In this document: one piece after another, positions 8,681-19,386 of the stretch | How the letters are laid out: every line of letters starts with the position of its first letter | Position numbering within the stretch: position 1 is the first letter of the stretch | NCBI GenBank assembly: GCA_965217585.1 | Contig: OZ244561.1 | Coordinates: 480,001 to 544,000 of the forward strand | Direction: 5' to 3' | From: Candidatus Latescibacterota bacterium | Lineage (GTDB): Bacteria > Latescibacterota > UBA2968 > UBA8231 | DNA: 64,000 nt | Notes under the pieces: generated by a model | Database searches by the model: none | Seen by the model: only the letters and a program-made list of their open reading frames with translations | What the model was told of the DNA's origin: nothing | Program-made: the position numbers and the translations under genes

Positions 8681-10312
8681 TTGTTCGGCTACTTCCAAGC
8701 TCTCTTGTTCCTTGCTTGCGCGGTGCCCGTCTCCAGTGCTGGTCCGCTCTTTACTAACGTGACCCAAGACGCCGGCATCGCCTTCGTCAATCAGTCCGGT
8801 GGGACCGACAAGCAGTACCTCATCGAAACCCAATCGGCTGGCGGCGGCTTTTGGGACTACGACCTCGACGGCCATCTCGACCTCTTTCTCACCAGCGGCG
8901 TCGGGCCGGACTCGACGGCGGGCACCGCGCTCTACCGGGGGATAGGCCACGGCGCGTTTAGCGATGTGACAGAAGACTCTGGCACGGGGCTGGGTGGCTG
9001 GAATATGGGCGTGGCCTTTGCCGACTACGACGGCGACGGTGATCCCGACCTCTACCTTACCCGTTGGGGCCGGGACATGCTTTTGGCTAACGAGAGAGAC
9101 GAGACCTTCAAAGACGCCACTGCGGCAGCGGGCCTCGGTTCGGAAGGCTGGGGGATCGGCGCAGCCTTTGCCGACTACGACGGCGACGGTGACCTCGACC
9201 TCTACATCGCCAACTACATAGCTTATGAACGCGGTGGCCCGCCCTTTTACGACCGTTGGTGCAAGCACAACGGCGTCCCCACCGCCTGTGGCCCAAGCGG
9301 TGCCCAAGCCCAGCCGGACCTGCTCTACCGCAACGAAGGCGATGGCACCTTTACCGACGCCAGCCTGCAAGCCGGAATTCGCGGCCCGAATTACTACGGC
9401 ATGGGCGCGGCTTGGTCCGACTTGGACGGTGACGGAGACCTCGACCTCTACGTCGCCAACGACGGGCATCCCAACAGCCTCTACCGCAATGACGGAGGAG
9501 GCTTTGTCAATATTTCGCTAGCGACCGGCACGGCCTATAGCGGCGATGGGCGCGCCCAAGCCGGCATGGGCGTAGCCCTAGCCGACTTCGACAATGACCT
9601 ACAAGTGGACGTTTTCGTGACCAACTTCTCCCAAGACCACAACACCCTCTACCGCAACGAAGGCAATGGCTTCTTCGCCGACGTCAGTGGGCGTGCCGGT
9701 CTAGCCGGCAGCAGCCGCCCTTTTATGGGCTGGGGCACCTTCTTTTTTGACTACGACCACGACGGCTGGCAGGACCTCTTCGTCGCCAACGGCCATCTAA
9801 TGCCGGCCATTGAACGGGCCGGCGGCGGCCTCCGCTACCGCCAGCGCAACCAGCTCTACCGCAACTTGGGCGACGGGCGCTTTCGGGAAATCGCCAACGA
9901 GTCAACTCTCGCTACCAATCAGGTCAGCCGTGGCGCGGCCAGCGGCGACTACGACGATGACGGCGACCTCGACATCCTAGTCTCCAATCTCGACGACACT
10001 CCCGCTCTCTTGCGCAACGATGTCGAGGACAAGGGGCACTGGCTGCTGTTGACGCTGCGCCAGGGAGCCACCGAGGCTGTCGGAGCGCAAGTGCGGGTCC
10101 ATGCTGGTGACCTGCACCAGATGCGCGTAGTGCTGACCGGCTCTAGCTTTCAGGCCCAGAGCGATACGCGCTTGCACTTCGGCTTGGGGACAGCCACTGT
10201 GGCCGACATCGAAATCACTTGGCCGGGCGGCGAGCGCCAAGCCTTCCGCGCTGTGTCCGCCGACCACCACTACGCCATTCACCGGGGCGTCAACCGCCTC
10301 ATATCGGAGTAG
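8681..10312 (+). CDS. CRTAC1/ASPIC-UnbV family FG-GAP beta-propeller protein
   Basis: Repeated ADYDGDGDLDLY and LYRNxGDGxF motifs; C-terminal ASPIC motif QSDTRLHFGLG...WP.G. Confidence 0.9.
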   Translation: MFGYFQALLFLACAVPVSSAGPLFTNVTQDAGIAFVNQSGGTDKQYLIETQSAGGGFWDYDLDGHLDLFLTSGVGPDSTAGTALYRGIGHGAFSDVTEDSGTGLGGWNMGVAFADYDGDGDPDLYLTRWGRDMLLANERDETFKDATAAAGLGSEGWGIGAAFADYDGDGDLDLYIANYIAYERGGPPFYDRWCKHNGVPTACGPSGAQAQPDLLYRNEGDGTFTDASLQAGIRGPNYYGMGAAWSDLDGDGDLDLYVANDGHPNSLYRNDGGGFVNISLATGTAYSGDGRAQAGMGVALADFDNDLQVDVFVTNFSQDHNTLYRNEGNGFFADVSGRAGLAGSSRPFMGWGTFFFDYDHDGWQDLFVANGHLMPAIERAGGGLRYRQRNQLYRNLGDGRFREIANESTLATNQVSRGAASGDYDDDGDLDILVSNLDDTPALLRNDVEDKGHWLLLTLRQGATEAVGAQVRVHAGDLHQMRVVLTGSSFQAQSDTRLHFGLGTATVADIEITWPGGERQAFRAVSADHHYAIHRGVNRLISE

Positions 10313-10316
10313 AACT

Positions 10317-11648
10317 ATGCGCTTTGCCCTGCTTTTTTTGTTTTTCTGCACCTGTGCCCGCGAAACACCCGATCCACCGCAAGCCCCATCCCCGCCCGCC
10401 GACTCAGCGGCTCAGACCTTTGCCGCCGGCCGCGCCCTTCAAGCTCGCGGCCTCTTCACCCAAGCCGAGCAAGCCTATCGCCAAGTACTACACCAAGCCC
10501 CGGACAACCCCCAATACCATTACTATCTCGGCGTTGCATTGCACGCCCAGAGTCGTTTTGCCGAGGCGCAGACCCAGTTTGAGAAAGCTCTTGAACTAAA
10601 ATCTGACTACGCCGGTCCCCGCATCGCCTTGGGCAAAATGCTCTATGATGTACACGGAAAAGTAGAGGAGGCTCGCCAGTTCCTCACCGAGGCGCTGGAA
10701 CTGGCTCCCAGCGCTGTCGAAGCGCGCTATATCCTAGGCGTGATCCACCAGCGCGAAGGCCAGCTACAAGAGGCCCGCGAAATTTTCACCGCCATCGCCG
10801 CTGCCGACTCCACCCACCTCCAAGCCCGGCTACAGCTAGGCCTAGTGGACCTGAAGCTAGGCAACTACCAAGAAGCCGAGAGACAGTTGCGCCAAGTCGC
10901 GCACCTCAGCCCGCACGAGCCAGCGGCTTTTCTTGGAATCGGGCAGGCCCTGTTGCGCATGGACCGCGCCACAGAGGGGGAGCGCGTCCTCGAGCGCGCC
11001 CGGGTTTTGGGCACACAAAACGCTCAGCTCAAGCCTCACCAAGACGCGGTGCGTCAGTACCCCAATCAACCCCAAGCCCATTCCAATCTCGCCGCCCTCT
11101 ACAGCCGCTTTGGGCGTCTCAAACTGGCCGTCGAGCACTACCGCCAGTCCATCCTCATCGACTCGACCTATGCCCTGGGGTACCAAGGATTGGGCACTCT
11201 GCTCCAGCGCCGAGGCAAGGACGATTTGGCGGCGCGCTACTACTTCGAGGCACTGAGCCACGACTCGACCCTAGCCGAAAGCCACAACAATCTGGGCTTG
11301 ATCTTTCACAAGCAGGGCAAACTAGAAAAGGCCATTAGGCAATACGAGCAGGCCGTGCGGTTCGCCCCATCTACGGGTTTCTACTACTCCAATCTCGGCA
11401 ATGCGTACCTCGAAATGGATCAACTGGACCAAGCGCAGGCGGTCGTCGAGCGGGCCATCGAACTAGACGCGAAGCTCTACAGTGCCCACATACTACTCGG
11501 CGATATCCACGCCCGCCGCGGCGAATTCGCACGGGCCATTGCGCTCTGGGAGGATATTCCGTCCGGTGGGGCGGCCAATGCGTCTTTACAAGCCAAAATC
11601 GCCGAGACCCGACGGAAGCTATCCGCGCAAGAGCGCGCGCCGCGATGA
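10317..11648 (+). CDS. TPR-repeat exported protein (probable lipoprotein)
   Basis: Hydrophobic N-terminus with Cys; multiple TPRs (HNNLG, YSNLG). Confidence 0.85.
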   Translation: MRFALLFLFFCTCARETPDPPQAPSPPADSAAQTFAAGRALQARGLFTQAEQAYRQVLHQAPDNPQYHYYLGVALHAQSRFAEAQTQFEKALELKSDYAGPRIALGKMLYDVHGKVEEARQFLTEALELAPSAVEARYILGVIHQREGQLQEAREIFTAIAAADSTHLQARLQLGLVDLKLGNYQEAERQLRQVAHLSPHEPAAFLGIGQALLRMDRATEGERVLERARVLGTQNAQLKPHQDAVRQYPNQPQAHSNLAALYSRFGRLKLAVEHYRQSILIDSTYALGYQGLGTLLQRRGKDDLAARYYFEALSHDSTLAESHNNLGLIFHKQGKLEKAIRQYEQAVRFAPSTGFYYSNLGNAYLEMDQLDQAQAVVERAIELDAKLYSAHILLGDIHARRGEFARAIALWEDIPSGGAANASLQAKIAETRRKLSAQERAPR

Positions 11649-13147
11649 GCTTGGTTGTCTCGCTCGCTGCGCTATGGGTGACCTTGAGTAGCTGCGGCGT
11701 AGACCCCGCCCCGGAAGAAGAAGGCGACCGCTTGGTGCAGGCTGGGCGCTCCTTTGCCGAGGAACACCGCTACGCCGAGGCGCGTCGCGCTTTTGGAAAA
11801 GCTCTAGCCCTAGACTCGCTCGACGCCGCAGCGCACTGTGCATTGGGCGATCTCGACGCCCGGCTCGGGCACGTAGAGCGGGCCGTCCGGGCCTACAAAG
11901 CCGCGATCGCAGCCGACTCTACCTATCATCGCGCCCGGCACAACCTAGCTGTGATCGAGGCCGACCAGGGTCGCCTGCCCCTAGCCATCGAGCTGCTCAA
12001 ACATATTCCAACCTATGTCCCCGCCCTCCGTACCCTGCCTCTCTTTTACGCCAAACAGGGACGCTACGATCTAGCCGAAAAAGGATTGCACACCGCACTG
12101 GCCTCGGGCGGGGAAAACATTGACGTGCGGCAACAACTCGGGCGGCTCTATCTGCGCCAAGGACGCTACGACGAGGCCCGCGCCGCACTCGACCTAGCCC
12201 TCTCTCAGGACTCGACCCAAGCCGAAAGCCACCGTCTGTTGGGTTTGCTACACCTAGCCGAGCGGTGTTACTCGGAGGCGCTGGCAGCCTTGCGCCGCGC
12301 GCTAGCGCTCGACCCACACCTGATCGAGGCCCACTACAACCTTTCTTCGGCGTTTTTGGGTCTAGGAGACCCAACCCAAGCGCAGGCGGCGCTGGCGCAT
12401 TTTGAGACCCTTGCTGCCCACACCGCCCAAGTCGCGCACTTGCGCCGCCAGCTCGATGCCGACCCCGACTACCGCGAGACTCGCTTGCAGCTAGCCCATC
12501 ACTATCGGCAACTGGGTCGGGACGACGACGCCCTCACCCACTATCGGGCTGTGCTGCTGGCCGACCCGGACGACTTAGAGGCGCTAATTTCGCTAAGCGG
12601 GCTTTTGCTGGCGCGGGGAGAAGACCAAGAAGTGCTCAAACTATGCAGCCGAGGCATCTCACGGTACCCGGAGGATGTGCGCACCAGCAAGCTCCACTTC
12701 GCCCGTGGCTATGTCTATATGCGGCGCAACCAGTATCAAGAGGCCCGCACGGCCTTTGAGCACGCACTGGCGCTGGATTCGTCCTCGGCCACGGCTTGGA
12801 ACAACCTCGGCCATGTCCAGCTAAGTTTAGGCGAAGAAGCGGCGGCCCAACGGGCGCTGGAATCGGCCATTGCCGCCGATTCAACCCTGGCCGATGCCCA
12901 CTACAATCTCGGCAGCCTCTTCTTGCAAAAGGAGCAACTAGCTCAGGCGCAACGGGCCTATCGAGCGGCGCTTGCGGCCGACTCGACCTTTGCGCGGACC
13001 TACTACGCACTGGCAACCGTGTACCAAGCCCAGGGCGCGATTCCAGAGGCACGCCGTTGCTACCAAACCTTTATCGACAAGTGGCAAGGCGACCCGGACT
13101 TTCTGCGCCAAGCCCGCGAGCGGCTCGCCCAACTGCCGAGTCCCTGA
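11645..13147 (+). CDS. TPR-repeat lipoprotein
   Basis: LSSC lipobox; more than 10 TPRs; ATGA overlap with the upstream gene. Confidence 0.85.
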   Translation: MSLVVSLAALWVTLSSCGVDPAPEEEGDRLVQAGRSFAEEHRYAEARRAFGKALALDSLDAAAHCALGDLDARLGHVERAVRAYKAAIAADSTYHRARHNLAVIEADQGRLPLAIELLKHIPTYVPALRTLPLFYAKQGRYDLAEKGLHTALASGGENIDVRQQLGRLYLRQGRYDEARAALDLALSQDSTQAESHRLLGLLHLAERCYSEALAALRRALALDPHLIEAHYNLSSAFLGLGDPTQAQAALAHFETLAAHTAQVAHLRRQLDADPDYRETRLQLAHHYRQLGRDDDALTHYRAVLLADPDDLEALISLSGLLLARGEDQEVLKLCSRGISRYPEDVRTSKLHFARGYVYMRRNQYQEARTAFEHALALDSSSATAWNNLGHVQLSLGEEAAAQRALESAIAADSTLADAHYNLGSLFLQKEQLAQAQRAYRAALAADSTFARTYYALATVYQAQGAIPEARRCYQTFIDKWQGDPDFLRQARERLAQLPSP

Positions 13148-13148
13148 T

Positions 13149-14870
13149 ATGTCCATATACGTTCTCCTCATCTGCTTTCTCTGTCTGGCCTGTAACTCCA
13201 CCGAAGAAATCACACCACCTACACCGCCGCGGCACACCGCGCCCGCAGCCTCGTCTCTCCGCTTTGTCGAAGTAGCGTCTGCCGTCGGCTTGACATGGCA
13301 CCACGAAAACGGTCGCAGCCCCCAGCGCTACTTCCCCGAGACTATGGGTGGCGGGGGTGCCTTCTTCGACTACGACGGCGATGGCGATTTGGATGTTTAC
13401 GCCGTAAACGGCGCTTTTATCGCCGCTGGTGAGCAGGATGCGGCCCCTGTCAATAGCCTTTTTCGCAATGATGGCCCGCGCTTTGTCCCGATCGCGGCCG
13501 GGGTCGCCCACCCAGGCGTCGGCATGGGGGTTGCAACGGCCGACTACGACCACGACGGCGACCTCGACCTCTATCTGACCAACTTTGGCCCCAACGCGCT
13601 CTTTCGCAACGACGACGGACACTTTGCCGAAATCGGACGGCAGACAGGCGTTGCCGATGCGCACTGGGGCACGAGCTGCGCCTTTGCCGACTACGACCGC
13701 GACGGCGATCTCGACCTCTATGTCGCCAACTACGTGGCCTACGATCCGGCCGCATCCCGCGCCGACCAAGTGCCCTATATGGCCGGCTACGAAAGCTATG
13801 GCGGTCAGGCACCCGTCGGCTATCCGCATCCAGACAACTTCCAGGGCCAAGCCGATCTGCTCTACCGCAACGACGGCGCGGGGCACTTTGTCGATGTCTC
13901 GGCAGGGGCGGGCATCGCCGATGCGAGCGGCAAGGGGCTGGGGGTGGTTTTTGGCGACTACGACAGCGACGGTTGGCCCGACATCTACGTCGCCAACGAT
14001 GCAGTGCGCAACTTCCTCTACCACAACAGCCGCGACGGCACCTTCGCCGAAAGAGCGGGACTGGCCGGGGTGGCTTATGGCCAGGACGGGCAGATGGAAG
14101 CGGGCATGGGGGTAGATTGGGGCGACTACAATGGCGACGGAGTGCTTGATTTGACGGTGACCAATTTCCAAGCCGAGCCTAACGCGCTCTATCGGGGCGA
14201 GGGCGGCTTCTTCTCGGTTGCGACCTTTGCCGCCGGGACGGGCCTTCCGTCGCTGCCCTTCCTCGGGTTTGGCACCCAGTTTTTCGACCCCGACCTCGAT
14301 GGCGATCTCGACCTGTTTGCCGCCAATGGCCACGTCCTCGACAACATCCGCGCCATCGACCAATCCACTAGCTATGGGCAGCGCAATTTGCTCTTCCGCA
14401 ACGACGGCGGCCGCTTCGCCGAGGTTTCCGCGGCGGCTGGCCTCGGCTTCTCTCTAGAGCGCGTCAGCCGCGGCAGTGCCACCGGTGACTACGACAGCGA
14501 CGGCGATCCCGATCTACTAGCTTTTAATTCAGGGCAACCGCTCAGCTTGCTGCGCAACGACCAAGGCGACGCCAACCACTGGATAACCATCCGGCTCGCG
14601 GGGGCCAACGGCAACCCAAACGGTATCGGTGCCCGGCTAACAGCTCAAAGCGGTGACTTGCTCCAAGTCAGGGAACTGCGCGGCAGCCGCTCGTACCTAT
14701 CGCAGAGCGCTCTCAGCCTCTATCTGGGTTTGGGGAAACGCGATCAGCTCGACCGGCTGACCGTGCGCTGGCCTTCGGGCCGGACCGAGCGATTCGGCCC
14801 CTTTGCAGCCAACCAAGCCATCGCGCTCGTCGAGGGCGATGGCGTCAGCGCGGCTTCTGACCCGCCCTAA
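13149..14870 (+). CDS. CRTAC1/ASPIC-UnbV family lipoprotein
   Basis: Start reassigned to ATG 13149 (MSIYVLLICFLCLAC lipobox); FG-GAP repeats; ASPIC C-terminus. Confidence 0.9.
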   Translation: MSIYVLLICFLCLACNSTEEITPPTPPRHTAPAASSLRFVEVASAVGLTWHHENGRSPQRYFPETMGGGGAFFDYDGDGDLDVYAVNGAFIAAGEQDAAPVNSLFRNDGPRFVPIAAGVAHPGVGMGVATADYDHDGDLDLYLTNFGPNALFRNDDGHFAEIGRQTGVADAHWGTSCAFADYDRDGDLDLYVANYVAYDPAASRADQVPYMAGYESYGGQAPVGYPHPDNFQGQADLLYRNDGAGHFVDVSAGAGIADASGKGLGVVFGDYDSDGWPDIYVANDAVRNFLYHNSRDGTFAERAGLAGVAYGQDGQMEAGMGVDWGDYNGDGVLDLTVTNFQAEPNALYRGEGGFFSVATFAAGTGLPSLPFLGFGTQFFDPDLDGDLDLFAANGHVLDNIRAIDQSTSYGQRNLLFRNDGGRFAEVSAAAGLGFSLERVSRGSATGDYDSDGDPDLLAFNSGQPLSLLRNDQGDANHWITIRLAGANGNPNGIGARLTAQSGDLLQVRELRGSRSYLSQSALSLYLGLGKRDQLDRLTVRWPSGRTERFGPFAANQAIALVEGDGVSAASDPP

Positions 14871-16860
14871 TCTGCGCGACGAGTGCGCGGCCAAACGCCT
14901 CTTGCCGCTGCTCGGCAGCTACCTGCACGGCGTACCGCTCGGCGTCGGCCAATCGGCCCGCAGTCATCAGCTCGGTGACGAGCAGCTCTAGCAAGTCCGT
15001 TGTGAACGTCTTGCGGATGTTCGCGTCTTGCACTGCGCTCTCTAACGCTGCTAACGCCCTGCCATGCTCCCCGCGCAAATGGTAGGCATAGCCACGGATA
15101 AAGTCCTGTAACCCAGGGGAAAAGTCCGGAGCCGCGCTCAAGAAGCGCAAGCGGTCTAGCAGGGCCAAGAGCGCGGCGCGCTCGGTCGGCCCAATGGGAT
15201 CTCCCGCGAGTTGTCCGCAACGGATATAGCGCAGCGTGCTCCACAAATCGCCCCATATCGTATAAGGCTCCTCCAAGCGGGCCGCGCGATAATAGTCCCG
15301 CGCGCGTTCGTACTCCCGAGCGGCGTAACACGCTTCGGCCACGTTCAGCGCCAATAGCTCCGGCCCCGCTCCCGTTCGCCAGCGCTCGACTCCGCTCTGC
15401 TCTCCGGCGCTCAGTTGGTCCCACAGGGCCGCAGCTTGCTGATGCAAGGTCTGCACTCGACGCTCGTTGCCCGCATCCAAAGGAGGCGCGGCCAAGAGTA
15501 CGGCCATGGCCCGCAGCACGGCCAGCCGCTCGACGGGCAAGTCGCCGAGTCTACGGCGGTACTCGTCGGCTGCCGCCAACTGATCCGCAGCGCCGGGCGC
15601 GACCTTCCAAGGGGCCGGTGCTCCTTCCAGCGCAGCGACAATGGCCCGGGCCAAGAGCACTTGGCCAGCCGCCGGATGCAAGTGATCGGCCATCAGTTCC
15701 CAGCCCACGCCTGCCTCCGGGCTGTAGGCGCGGAAGCGCGCCTCAACATCGGCGAGGAGCACCCCTTCTGCGGCCGCGACTCGGCGCACGACCTCGTTTA
15801 GGGCTGCTGTCGCCCGCCAAGGCCGGGGATCCAACTCGCGCGCCTGCACATAAGCCGTCCGCGCCCTAGCCCCACGGCCCAACTGCTCTAAGTGATAACC
15901 GCGCAAGAAGTGCAAATAGGCGTCGTTCGCATAGAGCGCCTCGGCCTGTTCCAAAGCCACTAGCGCGGCCGGCGACGCTTGCTCTCTATGGCCCTGCGCC
16001 AAAAAATCCACATAGCGCGCGCACTCCTCATCCGGCAAAGGCGGCTCAATGCGCGCCGGCGCGAAACCGCGCTCGTTGCTGGTCACCGTACAGAGCACCA
16101 AGGGAATGCGCTGCGCTCGGCAAAAGGCCACCACGTCTCGGAGATTGGTCTCCAAGTTGGCCGCCGCTTGCGCCCGTCGCGGATCGGACGCCGGGATCGC
16201 ACCTGCCTTAGACATCACCTCGATTAAGGGACCATCCACCCCCTCTTTCCCCAACGACCCTATCAGCTTACCGACCAAGGGCCTCAGCCGCCACTGAACC
16301 AGCGCGTAGTGGACCCGCTTCATCCACACCGCTTGCCCTCCTTGGGCCAACGAGGCCGCCCCATAAACCCCGTATAACTCGTTGTGCCCAGTATAGACTA
16401 CGACCAAGTCCGCCCCAAGTGCAGCTACGCCGTCTTCTACGGCGCGGGCCACGGCAAAGCTCGACGCAGCGGTAATCCCGGCGTTAAAGACCTCGATCTG
16501 GCGCTCTGGGAAGAGGTCGCCGAGCATTTCTTGGAGATAAGACGGGGCCGATAAACGCTTGGGATGGGGGTAACCCTGTACGGTCGAACCTCCGGCAAAG
16601 AGCACGCGCAGTGCGCCCTCGGGCACGGGTTCGATATAGGGTCTCGGGGTCATGCGGATGCCGCGCCGGATAGGCTCGGCCATGCCGGCGAAGAAGCGCC
16701 GGGCATAGTCCGGATTGACCGCGTGAAGCGCCCGGCCTTCGACGCGAGCTAGTGGGATGGCAAACGCCGGCGGATCCAACGCCGGGATCAGCCGCAACCC
16801 CCCTTCGATGAGCGCGACCAAAACCAAGCCGAGCAGCAGCGCCGCAAACCGACCTCCCAT
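14845..16860 (-). CDS. SGNH/GDSL hydrolase-like protein with TPRs, N-terminally anchored
   Basis: GGSTVQG, NAG, YTGHNE and DHLHP blocks; N-terminal TM helix. Confidence 0.8.
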   Translation of the reverse strand: MGGRFAALLLGLVLVALIEGGLRLIPALDPPAFAIPLARVEGRALHAVNPDYARRFFAGMAEPIRRGIRMTPRPYIEPVPEGALRVLFAGGSTVQGYPHPKRLSAPSYLQEMLGDLFPERQIEVFNAGITAASSFAVARAVEDGVAALGADLVVVYTGHNELYGVYGAASLAQGGQAVWMKRVHYALVQWRLRPLVGKLIGSLGKEGVDGPLIEVMSKAGAIPASDPRRAQAAANLETNLRDVVAFCRAQRIPLVLCTVTSNERGFAPARIEPPLPDEECARYVDFLAQGHREQASPAALVALEQAEALYANDAYLHFLRGYHLEQLGRGARARTAYVQARELDPRPWRATAALNEVVRRVAAAEGVLLADVEARFRAYSPEAGVGWELMADHLHPAAGQVLLARAIVAALEGAPAPWKVAPGAADQLAAADEYRRRLGDLPVERLAVLRAMAVLLAAPPLDAGNERRVQTLHQQAAALWDQLSAGEQSGVERWRTGAGPELLALNVAEACYAAREYERARDYYRAARLEEPYTIWGDLWSTLRYIRCGQLAGDPIGPTERAALLALLDRLRFLSAAPDFSPGLQDFIRGYAYHLRGEHGRALAALESAVQDANIRKTFTTDLLELLVTELMTAGRLADAERYAVQVAAEQRQEAFGRALVAQIRAGQKPR

Positions 16861-16863
16861 GTT

Positions 16864-18525
16864 TTAAGGAGCGGCAGCGTAGCGGGCGAGGGCGTCTTGG
16901 CGGATGTGTACCTCGCCCGCGTACGCTTGGCGCAACGAGTCGAGGAACGCGTCGAAGAGCACACCTTCTCGGCGCTTGCGGATATTAACGCGAATGGGCC
17001 GCTGCACTTGCTTAAAGGGCAGCAACGCCATCTCGTAGGGCTGGTCGAGGCGGAACACGCTGTATTTCTCCTGGACTTCCATCGGGCCTTGTAGGACCCC
17101 GACATCTTTGGAATTGCTGTCGCCAAAGAAGGTGCGGTACGGCGACTGGTAAAGCGACGCAATAGTGACCCGACCGCTGTCGGCAAAGGCGTGGCCGCCC
17201 ACTGGCTTCATGCTAGGCCGCACGGAGTGGCGCTGCGCCAACTCCGCTAGCCGCTCCCCACTGCGCGCCCGCGCGAGAATTTCTTCGGCCTCGGCACGGG
17301 TGTCGCAGAGCACCTCGGTCATCTCGATGACGCCGGGCAGGGAACGGTAGGTCTCCAAGTGTTGCTCGTAGTAATCCCGAACCTCTGCTTCCGTAACGGA
17401 GACCTTCCCCGCCACCGCATCTAAGCGCAATTGCGACACGAGCAGCGACTGCTTCTGGCCCTCGGCCCACGCTACCATAGCGGGCCATTGATGTCGCCCC
17501 TGCATACGGGCTTCGAGTGCCAACAGGGAATCCGGGAGAGTCCACCGCTCAATAGCCAAAACCGCGGCCGCACTGTCGGGTGGCAGCATCCCCTTCTTAA
17601 GCGAGCGGAGCCCCCGCGCGGCATCGCCGACACCAATGCCCCCCCCCTCATATTCAATCAGCGGTGCGTGGAGTTGGTCCAGCGCACGGCCGTGTAACGC
17701 GGCAAGCACGGCGTGGATGCGGTCGCGGTGATAGCGCAAGTCGCGCGCCTCCTTGAGCGAGTCAATCACCGCCCGCTGCCGCTGCGCCCACTTGCGTTGC
17801 CCGACCTGCTCGGCGATGTCGGTGCGCAATTTCTCAAACGGGATGCGCCGCTTTTTGAGGACCTTGACGACCTCGTATCCCTCAACCGTGCGGATCGGCT
17901 CGCTGATCTGGCCTTCCTCCAAGTGGAAGGTGCCATCGCGCAGGCTGGGCACAGCCCCCGCTTGGTCGAAGAAGGCACCAAGATTGCCGCCTTTGTCAGC
18001 GTCGGCGGCGAGGGAATGCTGGCGTGCTAATTCGGAAAAGCTGGCCCCGGCGTCCAATTGGCGGATGATTTCCCGGGCGTCTTCTTCGGTAGCCGAGAGA
18101 ATGTGCGCCGGCCAGATTTCCCAACCGAGCAACTGTTCCTCGTAAGCGGCGCGCAATTCCTCCTCGGTCACCTTGAGCCGGGCGTCAATCCACTCGCGCG
18201 ACAGGTCCTCGGCCAAGCGCTTATTAACCATGTCAGACAGCGTATGGGCGAGCCCGGGCAGTTGGTCTAGCCCCTGCTTGTAGGCCTCGCGCAGCATGAG
18301 TTGCTTGTCGACTAGGGTCTGTAGATTTTCGCCGCGGGCGACTACCCCCTCTTTCTTCGAGTGCAGATAGTCGGGCAGTGCTTGCTCGTAGCGGCGAAGA
18401 TCCAAGGCCGTGATGGTCTCCCCGGCCACCGTGGCCAAGACCGTCTCAGGAGTGGCCGGTTTGCTTTCCGGCCCGCAACCTGCAACCGCTAAGAGGAAGC
18501 CGCAGATAAAAAATCGCTGAAACAT
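16864..18525 (-). CDS. PpiC/parvulin-type peptidyl-prolyl isomerase lipoprotein (SurA/PrsA-like, two modules)
   Basis: LAVAGC lipobox; VLATVAGETIT, AHIL, FSELARQHS, GGNLG, GQISEPIRT..GY; second degenerate module; start at ATG 18525. Confidence 0.88.
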   Translation of the reverse strand: MFQRFFICGFLLAVAGCGPESKPATPETVLATVAGETITALDLRRYEQALPDYLHSKKEGVVARGENLQTLVDKQLMLREAYKQGLDQLPGLAHTLSDMVNKRLAEDLSREWIDARLKVTEEELRAAYEEQLLGWEIWPAHILSATEEDAREIIRQLDAGASFSELARQHSLAADADKGGNLGAFFDQAGAVPSLRDGTFHLEEGQISEPIRTVEGYEVVKVLKKRRIPFEKLRTDIAEQVGQRKWAQRQRAVIDSLKEARDLRYHRDRIHAVLAALHGRALDQLHAPLIEYEGGGIGVGDAARGLRSLKKGMLPPDSAAAVLAIERWTLPDSLLALEARMQGRHQWPAMVAWAEGQKQSLLVSQLRLDAVAGKVSVTEAEVRDYYEQHLETYRSLPGVIEMTEVLCDTRAEAEEILARARSGERLAELAQRHSVRPSMKPVGGHAFADSGRVTIASLYQSPYRTFFGDSNSKDVGVLQGPMEVQEKYSVFRLDQPYEMALLPFKQVQRPIRVNIRKRREGVLFDAFLDSLRQAYAGEVHIRQDALARYAAAP

Positions 18526-18617
18526 AACGTTATCACCTATGTACAAAACTGCGCGGTGCCGCTTGCCCAGCGGCACCGCGCAGCTAGTTAAAATTGGCTT
18601 GTGAACCTTGCGCTGCA

Positions 18618-19376
18618 CTATTGGCTAGTCGCTACCTTGCTCCCGTCAGGATAGATGCGGCCAACCTCGCGCTCAAAGTGCATTTCGACATCCGTATCCT
18701 CCAGAGGATCGCCCTTGTAATCGAAACGCACCACCACATCGGGAATGTGAACGGTCAGGTCCTCCACATCCGGGGCCAGTGGCTTGAAGACTATATACCC
18801 TTCGTTCTCCTGGGCGCTGAACACATCCTCATCGGGAAACATCGTGCGCCGCAAGATGCTGTCGCGCTCTTTCCAGACGCCCAAGGCATTGCCGGGCATC
18901 CCCGGCTCGCCGCCGCCACTGCCGCTGCCGACGTAACGGCGATAGTATATTGAAAGCTGTTCGAATCTCAACGCGTAGTACTTGCGCCCGTTAGAGGTGG
19001 TTATATAGACCTTTTTGGGGTCGAGATAGACCTTGGGGTATTCGTAATTAGAAACGTACATGCGAAAGACGGTGAAGCGCTGCGGGGTGTCCCCAGTGCG
19101 AAAGTACGTCGAGTTGCCAAACGTGTAGGGGTTGCGCGAGTCGGCCCCCTCGTTGGAGTACGAGCCGAATTGGCGGTTCAACTCCTCGTCGGTCATCGGC
19201 CGCAGGCTGATCTCAAGGCGCGCCTGGGTATAGGACACGGTGCCATCGTCGGCCACCGTCTTGTTAGCCCCTTGCTCGGCCTCGCTCAGCGGCTTGAGAT
19301 CTTCGGCATAGTAGCGATAGGAGCAGCCCGGAAAAAGCAGCCCGACCAGAAGCAGCGGCGTAAAACATTTCAGCAT
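18618..19376 (-). CDS. Uncharacterised lipoprotein (beta-sandwich-like)
   Basis: GGAGG RBS before ATG 19376; LFPGC lipobox; C-terminal ENEGYIVFKPL motif. Confidence 0.8.
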   Translation of the reverse strand: MLKCFTPLLLVGLLFPGCSYRYYAEDLKPLSEAEQGANKTVADDGTVSYTQARLEISLRPMTDEELNRQFGSYSNEGADSRNPYTFGNSTYFRTGDTPQRFTVFRMYVSNYEYPKVYLDPKKVYITTSNGRKYYALRFEQLSIYYRRYVGSGSGGGEPGMPGNALGVWKERDSILRRTMFPDEDVFSAQENEGYIVFKPLAPDVEDLTVHIPDVVVRFDYKGDPLEDTDVEMHFEREVGRIYPDGSKVATSQ

Positions 19377-19386
19377 GGAAAACCTC

